From an uncultured bacterium (GTDB lineage: Bacteria > Acidobacteriota > Aminicenantia > UBA2199): a DNA stretch of 64,000 nt. Location of the stretch: positions 21,935-85,934 of the forward strand of contig CBFDCR010000012.1 of NCBI GenBank assembly GCA_965603365.1, written 5' to 3'. The notes under the pieces are model-generated. The model was not told where the DNA came from and did no database searches. It saw only the letters and a program-made list of their open reading frames with translations. Both the position numbers and the translations under genes were made by a program. Positions 1-9,164 of this stretch are shown here, one piece after another; the stretch's first letter is position 1; every line of letters begins with the position of its first letter.

Positions 1-1
1 A

Positions 2-715
2 ATGAATGAGAGTCAGTTAGAGTATTTACCCAAACTGAGCATAAAAGACTTACAATTCAGAAGAAAAAAGGGAGTGGATTTTTTGCTAAATATCCAGGAT
101 TTGATAATATCTCCAGGGGAAAGAATAGCACTATTAGGCGTAAACGGTTCGGGTAAATCAACTTTATTGGCATTGTTGAACGGTTTATTACTGGCGGATA
201 GGTTTCTTTTTAAAATGGATGGTCGTGAATATACTTCACTAAAAAAGAGCAGGTTGGGTGATTTAATAAAAATTGTCTATCACAGCCCGACCAGTCAGAT
301 TATCGGCACAAAAATAGAAGAAGAGCTATTTGGCTTTCAGCAGATAAATTCAGAAATTCAAGGTTTATTAGAACAGCACTTTCCATTTTTAGAATCTGGT
401 AAAGACCCATTGAATTTATCTTTCGGGCAGCAACGGATATTGTGCATGCTTTCTGCTTTTTTATCGGATAAACCGATACTATTAATAGATGAACCGGAAT
501 ATGGCGTAGATTATCACTATTTGAAGTATATAAAGGCTTATATGCTTAAAAATAGGAGGAATAAGGCTTTAATTTTTTCGACTCACGATCTTGAGCTTGC
601 AGCTCAAATAGCAGATAGATGCTTTTTGATGTGTGATGGGACAATAGTTTCTGAAATCAAGTCTAAAAGTACAGAGGAAGTAAGGGATTGGTTTTTTAAA
701 AACAGTAAACATTGA
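2..715 (+). CDS. ABC ATPase, ECF-transporter A-component-like (CbiO/EcfA family)
   Basis: Walker A GVNGSGKST, signature-like LSFGQQR, Walker B ILLIDEPEYGVD, STHD H-loop. Lies 3 nt upstream of a CbiQ/EcfT-like membrane gene. The ATG at nt 2 is at the window edge, so the true start is uncertain. Confidence 0.8.
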   Translation: MNESQLEYLPKLSIKDLQFRRKKGVDFLLNIQDLIISPGERIALLGVNGSGKSTLLALLNGLLLADRFLFKMDGREYTSLKKSRLGDLIKIVYHSPTSQIIGTKIEEELFGFQQINSEIQGLLEQHFPFLESGKDPLNLSFGQQRILCMLSAFLSDKPILLIDEPEYGVDYHYLKYIKAYMLKNRRNKALIFSTHDLELAAQIADRCFLMCDGTIVSEIKSKSTEEVRDWFFKNSKH

Positions 716-718
716 AAA

Positions 719-1429
719 ATGTCTGATATTAGGCTAAGACTTATAAATTTTTTGCTTTTATCTGTGGCTTATGGTGTGGCATCATTGGAAATTATTCCAA
801 TAGTACTTTTGTCAGCATTCATTTTTGCCTTGATATTTAAACAGTCATTTGTTAGAAACTTTTCGATAATAATGTCAGGTTCAGTCGCAATTCTCGTCAT
901 TGCAGGAATAGCATGGTTATTGTCATCTGAGATTTCAATTTTTGAATTATCCATGAATTACCTACGATGGATTTCCCTTATTGTCATTGCCGTTGTTTTT
1001 TTTGGGATGATCAATTTATTTGAGTTTGTATCTGCTTTACGCTTTTTTAAAGTACCGGCAAGGATAGCTATTGCTTTTGGAATCGGATTAAGATTTTTGC
1101 CGGTTCTGGTTGAAGAGTCTAAGAGGGTGGTTCAAATACAACGGAAAAATGGATTAAAATTCTCTATTGCAACTATCCGAAAGGGAAATTTGATGAATTT
1201 CTTGAATAAAGTTTTAAGTCCTATTTTGGTTTCAATTTTGCGAAGGGCGGATTCAATTTCCCTTTCTGTAGTGATTCAACAAATAGAGTTCAGGATTATC
1301 GATTATCGTTTCAAACCGGTAAAAATTAGCGACTGGCTTAGCCTTGTGTTTTGCTTAATTATCCTGACGCTGTCAATATTAAATTTTGATATTGTTTTAA
1401 ATCAATTAAAGAGTTATTTGTCGGGATAA
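719..1429 (+). CDS. ECF-transporter T-component-like membrane protein (CbiQ/EcfT family)
   Basis: 236 aa with several hydrophobic helices and an Arg-rich loop (ESKRVVQIQRKNG) like EcfT coupling helices. Tightly linked to the preceding ATPase gene. Confidence 0.6.
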   Translation: MSDIRLRLINFLLLSVAYGVASLEIIPIVLLSAFIFALIFKQSFVRNFSIIMSGSVAILVIAGIAWLLSSEISIFELSMNYLRWISLIVIAVVFFGMINLFEFVSALRFFKVPARIAIAFGIGLRFLPVLVEESKRVVQIQRKNGLKFSIATIRKGNLMNFLNKVLSPILVSILRRADSISLSVVIQQIEFRIIDYRFKPVKISDWLSLVFCLIILTLSILNFDIVLNQLKSYLSG

Positions 1430-1581
1430 CCTGGGGAGAACAACGTGTATCAATTATAATCGCCGTGAGATTGGCGCCCAATTTGCCAGATAAAGTATTT
1501 GGCAAGTTGGGGGAGCACTGCGGGATTTGTTCTGGTAGGGATTAGAAGAGGCAGTGGTCAAGGGGCCGGGCGACCGGATGG

Positions 1582-1609
1582 TTGACAGTTGCTGAATTTT
1601 CCATACAAT
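1582..1609 (+). promoter_or_regulatory. sigma70-like promoter (TTGACA-16 nt-TACAAT) placed 7 nt before ATG 1616
   Basis: TTGACA at 1582-1587 and TACAAT at 1604-1609, read directly. It lies inside the TTG-extended track ORF (1589), which argues for the downstream ATG. Confidence 0.5.
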
Positions 1610-1615
1610 AGATCC

Positions 1616-2776
1616 ATGGAACAGGCAAGAACGACTTATCCTGGGGCTGTACGTCGTGATGTGAGTGGGGGCCATAATTGGAAGCCGAAACTAGTATGGA
1701 TTGGGCTGGGGGCCCTGGCGATTCTTTTGAACTACCTTTTCGAGTCGAGTCCCCATATCGTTGAATCGATCTACTCCCGGGGGATTTTCCAGGGGATTCG
1801 TTTCTGCTTAGACTATACCATAGGGTTACTTCCATTCCCCCTGGTTTACTTAATAGCTGCCGCATTGATACTTTTTTTAGTTGTAAAAATTGTCAGGCGG
1901 GTAAAAAAAGGGAAAATATTTAAAGAAGAGATCTCATGGCCGGCGCGGATCGTGAAAGGAGTATTGTCCTGGGCTGCCTTATTGGGGGCAATAGTATTTT
2001 TCTTCTATTTTTTCTGGGGATTCAATTACCAGCGCCTGCCTATAGAAAACCACTTAAAAATAAAGCCCGAACCCCTGGATATAGCTGGAATGAAGAGAGA
2101 GGCAGATATAGCGCTTCAAATGGTTGCGGCTGCCAGGAAAAATATCCAGGGAGCAGGAGAATACCCAATCGATTCTAATTTTTTACCAAAAGGACTCGAA
2201 AGTAAAATCCGAAAAAATCTAAAGAATGTGTTGATGTCTTTGGGATATCCGGCGGCTGGACGGGTTAGGGTACGCAAATTCAGCCCCTCCGGGTTTTTGA
2301 TGACTTTTGCCGTTAGCGGAATCTATCTCCCCTATACGGGAGAGGCATATATACCGGCAAATCTCACGGCAGTGGAATTACCCTTCACTATGGCCCATGA
2401 GATGGCACACGGATTCGGGTTTACAGAGGAGGGGACTGCCAATTTCCTGGCTTACCTGACATGTATTTTATCAAAAAACCCCCTGATACGGTATTCTGGG
2501 TGCATCGAATACTTTAACTACATCTCATTTGAGTTGTTTTTAGCCTCGCGCGAAGCCCACAAAGAGATGATGAAAAAACTGCCTCAAGGGGTTATTGCCG
2601 ACAGGAGAGCTATTTTTCGGAATTGGGGACGATACCGGGGTTGGCTCACAGATCTGGGACAAAAAGTCAATGATATTTACCTTAAAAGCCAGGGAATCAA
2701 AGAAGGTGTGAAAAGCTATAACCGGCTGATTATCCTGACCGCCGCCTGGAGAAGCGCGGCGCAGGATAGAATATAA
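1616..2776 (+). CDS. DUF3810-like membrane protein with HExxH zinc-protease motif
   Basis: N-terminal TM helices plus TMAHEMAHGFGFTEEGTANF (HEMAH). Start moved to ATG 1616 (in frame with track ORF 1589) because the promoter overlaps 1589. Confidence 0.65.
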   Translation: MEQARTTYPGAVRRDVSGGHNWKPKLVWIGLGALAILLNYLFESSPHIVESIYSRGIFQGIRFCLDYTIGLLPFPLVYLIAAALILFLVVKIVRRVKKGKIFKEEISWPARIVKGVLSWAALLGAIVFFFYFFWGFNYQRLPIENHLKIKPEPLDIAGMKREADIALQMVAAARKNIQGAGEYPIDSNFLPKGLESKIRKNLKNVLMSLGYPAAGRVRVRKFSPSGFLMTFAVSGIYLPYTGEAYIPANLTAVELPFTMAHEMAHGFGFTEEGTANFLAYLTCILSKNPLIRYSGCIEYFNYISFELFLASREAHKEMMKKLPQGVIADRRAIFRNWGRYRGWLTDLGQKVNDIYLKSQGIKEGVKSYNRLIILTAAWRSAAQDRI

Positions 2777-2822
2777 CCGGAAAGAGAAGATATATGAAAT
2801 ACTTACATAAGGGAGGTTAAGG

Positions 2823-3119
2823 ATGCAATTTATTGTTATAGCTTATGATGATGTTGACGAGCGGGCAATAGAAAGGAGATTGGCGGCTCGGGACGCCCAT
2901 TTAAAACAAGCTAAGGAAATGTTTGATAAGGGCAGATGGTTATATGCAGCGGGTATTTTGAACGATGATGGAAAGATGATCGGCTCAATGATAGTGTGTG
3001 ATTTTCCTTCCCGAAACGAGCTTGAAGAACAGTGGTTAAAAAATGAGCCTTACATTATCGGGAATGTATGGAAAAAGATTGAGGTGAACCGGGCGCAAGT
3101 AGCACCTTTTTTAAATTAA
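2823..3119 (+). CDS. YciI-family protein
   Basis: 98 aa with the YciI-like N-terminus MQFIVIAYDD...R...R..HL. SD AAGGGAGG lies upstream of the ATG. Confidence 0.65.
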   Translation: MQFIVIAYDDVDERAIERRLAARDAHLKQAKEMFDKGRWLYAAGILNDDGKMIGSMIVCDFPSRNELEEQWLKNEPYIIGNVWKKIEVNRAQVAPFLN

Positions 3120-3213
3120 TCGGTCAAATTGGACCATTTAATGCTCGGGACACCCATTAATTGGAGAAATCGAATTAAACGGGATTTTCAAAGGACAAAA
3201 AAAGTTGTATAAT

Positions 3214-4356
3214 ATGGCCATGATGGAGATTAAGACAGAAACGATCAGTCAATTGAAGGATGTGTTGAAAGATTTTGGCCGACCCGGGGCTACCATCGAC
3301 AGCCTGCAAGAGAAGATGGAGGCATCCAGGGAAAAGAGCGAGCGGAAATTGGCATTCCCGGCGGAATTAATCGATTTGCTGTTTGTCAGGATTTTAAAAT
3401 TCCCCGGACAACAAGGCCCGGGAAAAACCATATGGGCCGTCTATTTTCGCTATCAAAACATCGACTGCTCATTTAAACTGAAAAACATCGGCTTAAGGCT
3501 CTGCCTCCTGCCCGGTCGGGCCAATAAAGCGGACCTGAAGAAAACCGCCGAGGATATTATCGGGAAAACCACCGCGGCCTTGCTGCTGCTGGAACAGGAA
3601 TCATTGATCCCCCTGGGCAAACAGCACATAAAAAAGGGAAATTTCACCCTCGAAAATCAGTTTATAAAATTTTATGAGATGTATCGCTATTTCAGAGATC
3701 AGGCGAGGAAAATAAATGCCAAAATCAACAAAAAATCCCGGGAGGCAAAGAATATCGCCACCTTATTCAAGGAGACATCCCACCTGTCTCAGCAAAGCTT
3801 CTATAACTCCCTGGCCATGATGGATGCCTATTTCGGCGGCTTAGAGCAACTGTTGGTAATCGTATTACCCTTCCTTGACATCAACCTCAAATCACATGAC
3901 TTAGGGAAAATACTGGCAATGAGCTGGCAAGAAAAATTTCCCCGGGTCTTCGATATCCAGGCTAACCAGAAGGCTAGATTATTTTACGATCAGTTCATTT
4001 CACTGGAAGAAAAATTCCGCAATCTCTACGCCCACGGGGGATTTGAAAAAAAGGCTGCTTCTATCTATTGTCATGTTCCTGGGCTGGAGACAGTACCGGT
4101 GCAACTGCTGGGAACAGAACAAAAACTGGCTTTAAACTTCAACCAATTAGAGAAGGTCTTCTTTGAGGATGTATGCCGGCTGTTCGATGAGTTTGACGAG
4201 TGGCTGTTAACGGAAAAGGTCCGGTATGGGATCACCTATGCCCACAGCGGTTTAAGTGTCTCTTTCGATAAAAAATCCAGGACAAAATACCGGAAAGCGA
4301 TGGAATCGGAAGAGAGGTTCAATAAAATGATCAAGGCGCTGCCGGGTAGCAAATAG
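3214..4356 (+). CDS. hypothetical protein with HEPN-like RNxxxH motif
   Basis: Long ORF; first ATG at 3214 (the track starts at TTG 3205). No family recognised. FRNLYAHGG at nt 4018-4035 matches the R-N-x3-H HEPN active-site pattern. Confidence 0.45.
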   Translation: MAMMEIKTETISQLKDVLKDFGRPGATIDSLQEKMEASREKSERKLAFPAELIDLLFVRILKFPGQQGPGKTIWAVYFRYQNIDCSFKLKNIGLRLCLLPGRANKADLKKTAEDIIGKTTAALLLLEQESLIPLGKQHIKKGNFTLENQFIKFYEMYRYFRDQARKINAKINKKSREAKNIATLFKETSHLSQQSFYNSLAMMDAYFGGLEQLLVIVLPFLDINLKSHDLGKILAMSWQEKFPRVFDIQANQKARLFYDQFISLEEKFRNLYAHGGFEKKAASIYCHVPGLETVPVQLLGTEQKLALNFNQLEKVFFEDVCRLFDEFDEWLLTEKVRYGITYAHSGLSVSFDKKSRTKYRKAMESEERFNKMIKALPGSK

Positions 4357-4370
4357 GCAATTCTTGACTC

Positions 4371-5099
4371 TTAATAGAATATCCAGAACAGGAGAAGGGT
4401 AACGAGGCTGCCGGTTAGCGCGCCGAAGGAGATATCCAGAACAGAATGAATCTTCCGCGGCAGCCGGCTCAGGGAGACGAAGATCGCCAGTGCCAATGTA
4501 CCGAAAATAGCGATCCGATGGCTGCTCAAGTTCGTAATGGAAATCCAGATGGAAAAGACAATGGCGGAATGGCCGCTGGGAAATCCCCCCCTTAACGGAT
4601 GCCCTCTGCCGAAGTAGGCCTTGGCCATGATCACGATCAGCATCACCACGATAACCGCCAGCACGGCGATATTTTCCGGGTAGTGTTTGGCGATCCAGAA
4701 CCCTTCACGGATGATTCGCATAAAATAGGGCCAGAGGATCAAATAACCCACCACCAGGGCACCCACGGCGCAGACCAGGACGGCCCCGGCAGCCATGTCT
4801 TTGGCAATGCGGGCGGTTTCATTATTTTCACCATACTTTAAATCAACGATGGCCTCCAACGCCGAGTTGAGCATTTCGGCGGCAATAACCAGGAAAGTGA
4901 CCAGGGTAAGGGCGATAAATTCGTGTTTCTCCACCCCCAGCATGAAACAGCCGAACAGGACAAAAAAGGCCACCATCAGGTGAAATTTGAAGTGCCGCTG
5001 TGTCCTGGCGGCATGGAGTATTCCCTCGACCGCGAAATTGGCAGAATCGATCCAACGAACAAAAATTCTAATAACCGGAATGTCCCGAAGCTTCATCAT
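4371..5099 (-). CDS. fusion of DgkA-type lipid kinase domain and PAP2 phosphatase domain
   Basis: N-terminal half has the DgkA motif AEMLNSALEAIVD. C-terminal half has PAP2 motifs PSGHS and SRLPRKIHSVLD. Confidence 0.75.
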   Translation of the reverse strand: MMKLRDIPVIRIFVRWIDSANFAVEGILHAARTQRHFKFHLMVAFFVLFGCFMLGVEKHEFIALTLVTFLVIAAEMLNSALEAIVDLKYGENNETARIAKDMAAGAVLVCAVGALVVGYLILWPYFMRIIREGFWIAKHYPENIAVLAVIVVMLIVIMAKAYFGRGHPLRGGFPSGHSAIVFSIWISITNLSSHRIAIFGTLALAIFVSLSRLPRKIHSVLDISFGALTGSLVTLLLFWIFY

Positions 5100-5111
5100 T
5101 CACCTCGCTGT

Positions 5112-6119
5112 CTACTTCCAGATGCCGGGGATCTGGGTCTGGCAGTTGCCGCATTGCCCATCCGTCATGTTGATCATCCTGGTATAATAACCGGCCCGCT
5201 CAACCAGCAGCGCGCCGCAGTTGTGGCAGTGGGTGTGATCCCACGCATCCCCCGAAATATTACCGCCGTAGAGGTAGCGAAGCCCCTTTACCTTTGCGGT
5301 TTCCAGGCAGTGAAAGATACTGCCGGTGGGGGTGATGGGCGCATCCGTTAATTTATATTGGGGAAAAAACCGGGACACATGCCAGGGGATATTCTCGTCC
5401 ACTCCCAGGATAAAGTCAATCAGTTGTTTGATCTCTTCCTCATCATCGTTTAAGCCGGGGATTAACAGGGTGGTTAACTCCACCCACACCCCACTCTCAT
5501 TCATCCTCTTGATGGTTTCCAGAACCGGTGCCAGCCTGGCACTGCTGTAGGTTTTGTAAAAATCCTCGGTGTAGGCTTTTAAATCAATATTGGCGGCATC
5601 GAGATAGGGCTCCATCGTGTCAAAGGACTCCCGACTCATATAGCCGTTGGTAACCATGACGTTTTTCAGGCCATTTTCCCTGGCAATCCTGGCGGTCTCC
5701 AGCATCAGCTCAAAGTAGATGGTGGGTTCCGAATAGGTATAGGCGATGGTTTTGGAGTTGTAGGTCAGCGCCTGCCGGACCAACTCTTCGGGAGATATCT
5801 TCTCGCCATATATCTGGTGTTCTCCCGTTACCATAGAGAGGGAGTGATTCTGACAGAAGGTGCACTTAAAATTGCAGCCCATGGCGGCAATCGAAAAAGA
5901 GGTGGATGCCGGCAGGCAGTGATACAGAGGCTTCTTTTCGATGGGATCGGGGTGGGTGGCCGCCACCTTATCGTAATTCAATGAGAATAATTCGCCCTTC
6001 ATATTTTTCCGGACCCGACACACCCCCAACTGGTCCTCTTTGATCACACAATGGTGGGCACAGACATGGCATCTAACCTTGTCTTGATCGATTTTCTCAT
6101 ACAACAGGGCTGGTTTCAT
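5112..6119 (-). CDS. AmmeMemoRadiSam-type radical SAM enzyme (PFL-activase-like)
   Basis: N-terminal Cys cluster CHVCAHHCVIKEDQLGVCRVRKN followed by the rSAM CNFKCTFCQN (CxxxCxxC). 335 aa, the typical length for this family. Confidence 0.75.
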   Translation of the reverse strand: MKPALLYEKIDQDKVRCHVCAHHCVIKEDQLGVCRVRKNMKGELFSLNYDKVAATHPDPIEKKPLYHCLPASTSFSIAAMGCNFKCTFCQNHSLSMVTGEHQIYGEKISPEELVRQALTYNSKTIAYTYSEPTIYFELMLETARIARENGLKNVMVTNGYMSRESFDTMEPYLDAANIDLKAYTEDFYKTYSSARLAPVLETIKRMNESGVWVELTTLLIPGLNDDEEEIKQLIDFILGVDENIPWHVSRFFPQYKLTDAPITPTGSIFHCLETAKVKGLRYLYGGNISGDAWDHTHCHNCGALLVERAGYYTRMINMTDGQCGNCQTQIPGIWK

Positions 6120-6135
6120 GTTGATATCTCCTTAT

Positions 6136-6456
6136 TCACAGGATCTCCATCAGTTTGGCTTCGATCTGAACCTTTTGGACCGAACCCACCAGTTGGGATT
6201 TCACATTGCCGTTTTTCACAAACAGCAGGGTGGGGACACTGCGCACCAGGTACTTAGAAGATGTCCGGGGGCTTTCGTTGACATTGACTTTGAGGATTTT
6301 TACTTGCCCGGGATGATCGTCGGCGACCTTCTGCAAACAGGGCTCGATAGACCGGCAGGGGGCACAGGTAGGGGAAGAGAACTCTACAATAACGGCCCGT
6401 TCATCATTCAGTAGATCGTTAAAATCTGAGTCGTTTGACGGGATCAATTCACTCAT
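6136..6456 (-). CDS. trx: thioredoxin (CAPC active site)
   Basis: 106 aa. Active site FSSPTCAPCRSI, and the cis-Pro region SVPTLLFVKNG. Confidence 0.85.
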   Translation of the reverse strand: MSELIPSNDSDFNDLLNDERAVIVEFSSPTCAPCRSIEPCLQKVADDHPGQVKILKVNVNESPRTSSKYLVRSVPTLLFVKNGNVKSQLVGSVQKVQIEAKLMEIL

Positions 6457-6649
6457 CTATTTTCTCCTTTGTCAATCTTCTAATTTTTTTGATACACATT
6501 TAAACAAACAGGAGGCGAAATCCAATTATAACGCATCCGTCTCATAGGCATATTCTATTATTTTTTCCCGGATATTGTCAAGCGGAAATAAAATTGATTT
6601 TTATTTTGATTTTTCATTCATAATATATGATAATTAACAGTGACTTAAA

Positions 6650-6677
6650 TTGACATTTAGGTTGAATATAATATAAT
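6650..6677 (+). promoter_or_regulatory. sigma70-like promoter for the kinase-like gene (TTGACA-16 nt-TATAAT)
   Basis: TTGACA at 6650-6655 and TATAAT at 6672-6677 in an AT-rich divergent intergenic region. Confidence 0.4.
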
Positions 6678-6710
6678 ACATTATATATAATAGAACGGCA
6701 CCAAGAGACA

Positions 6711-9113
6711 ATGACAGTAGAAATCGACATGCCCGAATTGCCGGAGATACCCGGATACAAGATAATAAGAGTATTGTCTGAAGGGGAGAAGGCCTCGGTT
6801 TGCCTGGGGAGCGGTGAAAAAACGAACCGGAAAGTAGCCATTAAAATCTTCGACCCCTTCAGCTTTGCGGATGAAAAATCTGCCGAGGCTTACTTTGAAC
6901 AGGTAAAAAAACTGTCGACCCTGGAACACCGGAATATCATTTCCGTTTTTGAGGCGGTTTGTCAGGATAAACTTCGCTATGTGGTGATGGAATACCTTGA
7001 GGGGAGCATAAAAGATAGACTTCTCGACCAGGCCCGGTCCGGCCAGCAGGAATTGGTAATAGAGAGCAATATCATAACCGAAGACCAGGCCGGGCAGATT
7101 GAAGATGCGGGAATCGCCTCAAAACCGATTACCCTCCTGGGGGCCCTGAGTATCGCCAAACAAATCGGGGGGGCATTAGATTACAGCCATCAGGCAGGCT
7201 TTTTACACCGCAATATTAACAGTGAAAACATCATGTTTCGCCAGGATGGCACACCGGTACTGATGAATTTTGGCATCATTCCGGAAACGGGCAGCGATAA
7301 AACCGAGGCGAAAGCCAGAATAACGGTGGGTACTCCCGATTTCATGAGTCCGGAACAGTGGCGAAAAGAAGAACTGGACGGCCGCAGCGATATCTACTCC
7401 CTGGGAGTGGTACTGTACGAAATGCTGACCGGTCATCTGCCTTACGAAGGGGATATGTCCGTCGGTGTGGTGGTCAAGCACCTGCAAGAGCCGGTACCCC
7501 CTTTGCCGGATCAGATAAAACAATATCAGACCTTGATTAACCGGACAATGGCCAAAAGGCCGAAAGACAGGGTGCAAAACGGTAAAGAACTGGGTGAGTT
7601 GATCGATTCTCTCCTCGATTCTCCTCAAAAATCCCTTGAAGAAGAGGCCGAAAGCTCTTCCCAGGTATTCCAGAGTGAACGGGAAATAGAGGACTACATA
7701 ATGCCCCAACGAGATCGTTTGGTGTCTTTCGGCTCCGAGGATATCGACGATACCGGTAAAGAAGAGGAGGGTTTGGATCGGCCGGGGATTCACGAGACTC
7801 CTGGATTTAGAAAGTCCCCGGCTGGCGAAAAACGGGGATTCATTGCCGAATTTTTTAGTGATCCGGCAAAACCGGCGCTGGTGGTGGTGATGATCTTCTT
7901 GCTGGGTTTAGCGGTCTACTTTCTGACCAAAACGTTTAAAAGAGAGGCAGTCCCACCTCCCCCTGCCGAGACACAACAGCAGTCAACCGTTAGCCAAAAA
8001 GCGGTACCCACCAAACCCAGAGAGAAAAAACCGACTCGGCCAACGAAGCAAGCCTCCCAACAAACGCTTCAGGATGAGGAATACCAAAAAAATTATCAAC
8101 AGGCAGAAGAATTATTTAACGCCCAGCAGTACGAGGCAGCGTCACAAATACTTGAAGTGGCCAAAAAGATTAAAAATTCAAAAGAAACAAAAAAACTTGA
8201 AAATAATATTCGGCAAGCTCAAAAGGAAAAAGATGAAAAGGATTTTCAACAATATTTTTCCATTGCCCAATCGGAGTTTCGGAGGGGGCGGTATGAAGAA
8301 GCCCAACAGAACCTTGAACTGGCCATAAAAATCAAAACCACCTATGAAGTAACCGAACTGGAGCAGCAGTTAACGTTCAAACTGAAAGAGTTGGAAGCAG
8401 GAAAGCAAGTGGAGGAAAAAAAGCGGCAGGCCACCGAAAGGCAAGACAACGAAACATTCCGGCGATCTTCGATCAGCAACACGACTATGAGCTATCAGGC
8501 CTACCTCAGGAAATTTCCCGACGGTCTTCACGCCCAGGAGGCCCGGAAACGGATCGAGACACTGAAGGGAGGAAGGCTGGCACCTCTTACAACAAAACAA
8601 ACAATGCCGGTGGGAACAGTAAAACTCAGGACAAAACCGAAGGCCCTGAACCCCGCCGAAGTGAAATCCATGCTGAAAAAATGGGGCTTTTTCGACAATC
8701 TGGACAACAAAACCGGTAATTTTCGCAATTCCTTCAGTGTGAAGATTATGGGTAGAGACCGGGTGGTATTGGACGAGGCAACCGGCCTGATGTGGCACAC
8801 AGGCGGCTCAAACGAATACATGAGTTTTGCCAAAGCCGAGGCCTGGGTAGACAAATTCAATCGTATGGGCTATGCCGGATTTACCGACTGGAGACTGCCA
8901 ACCTTAGAAGAGGGGGCCTCGCTGCTGGAGAATCAGAAGAGCGCCAACGGACTCTTTATCGATGCTGTTTTCTTTGGCCGACAGAGTTGGATTTGGACAG
9001 CCGATCCCTATGGTTCCGACGGTCGGTGGCTGGTACGCTTCGACAGTGGAGATGTCTACGGCCGTTCCGTTTTTGACAGCAATTATGTGCGGGTGGTCCG
9101 CTCCATCCAATAG
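6711..9113 (+). CDS. Hanks-type Ser/Thr kinase homologue (degenerate catalytic motifs), TM, coiled-coil/TPR-like region, C-terminal DUF1566 (Lcl C-terminal-like) domain
   Basis: KVAIKIF (VAIK) and GTPDFMSPEQ are present, but HRD is HRN (7206-7214) and DFG is NFG (7266-7274). TM helix ALVVVMIFLLGLAVYF. The C-terminus (GLMWHT...FTDWRLPTLEE...YVRVVRS) is typical of DUF1566. Confidence 0.8.
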   Translation: MTVEIDMPELPEIPGYKIIRVLSEGEKASVCLGSGEKTNRKVAIKIFDPFSFADEKSAEAYFEQVKKLSTLEHRNIISVFEAVCQDKLRYVVMEYLEGSIKDRLLDQARSGQQELVIESNIITEDQAGQIEDAGIASKPITLLGALSIAKQIGGALDYSHQAGFLHRNINSENIMFRQDGTPVLMNFGIIPETGSDKTEAKARITVGTPDFMSPEQWRKEELDGRSDIYSLGVVLYEMLTGHLPYEGDMSVGVVVKHLQEPVPPLPDQIKQYQTLINRTMAKRPKDRVQNGKELGELIDSLLDSPQKSLEEEAESSSQVFQSEREIEDYIMPQRDRLVSFGSEDIDDTGKEEEGLDRPGIHETPGFRKSPAGEKRGFIAEFFSDPAKPALVVVMIFLLGLAVYFLTKTFKREAVPPPPAETQQQSTVSQKAVPTKPREKKPTRPTKQASQQTLQDEEYQKNYQQAEELFNAQQYEAASQILEVAKKIKNSKETKKLENNIRQAQKEKDEKDFQQYFSIAQSEFRRGRYEEAQQNLELAIKIKTTYEVTELEQQLTFKLKELEAGKQVEEKKRQATERQDNETFRRSSISNTTMSYQAYLRKFPDGLHAQEARKRIETLKGGRLAPLTTKQTMPVGTVKLRTKPKALNPAEVKSMLKKWGFFDNLDNKTGNFRNSFSVKIMGRDRVVLDEATGLMWHTGGSNEYMSFAKAEAWVDKFNRMGYAGFTDWRLPTLEEGASLLENQKSANGLFIDAVFFGRQSWIWTADPYGSDGRWLVRFDSGDVYGRSVFDSNYVRVVRSIQ

Positions 9114-9164
9114 TCGATTGCTTTTATATACACCATAATGATATAATCGGGGACTAAAACGAAG

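Noticed and set aside
1454-1865. Minus-strand ORFs 1454-1675 and 1542-1865
   Set aside because: They overlap the DUF3810 gene and its promoter in antisense, and have no motifs or SD.
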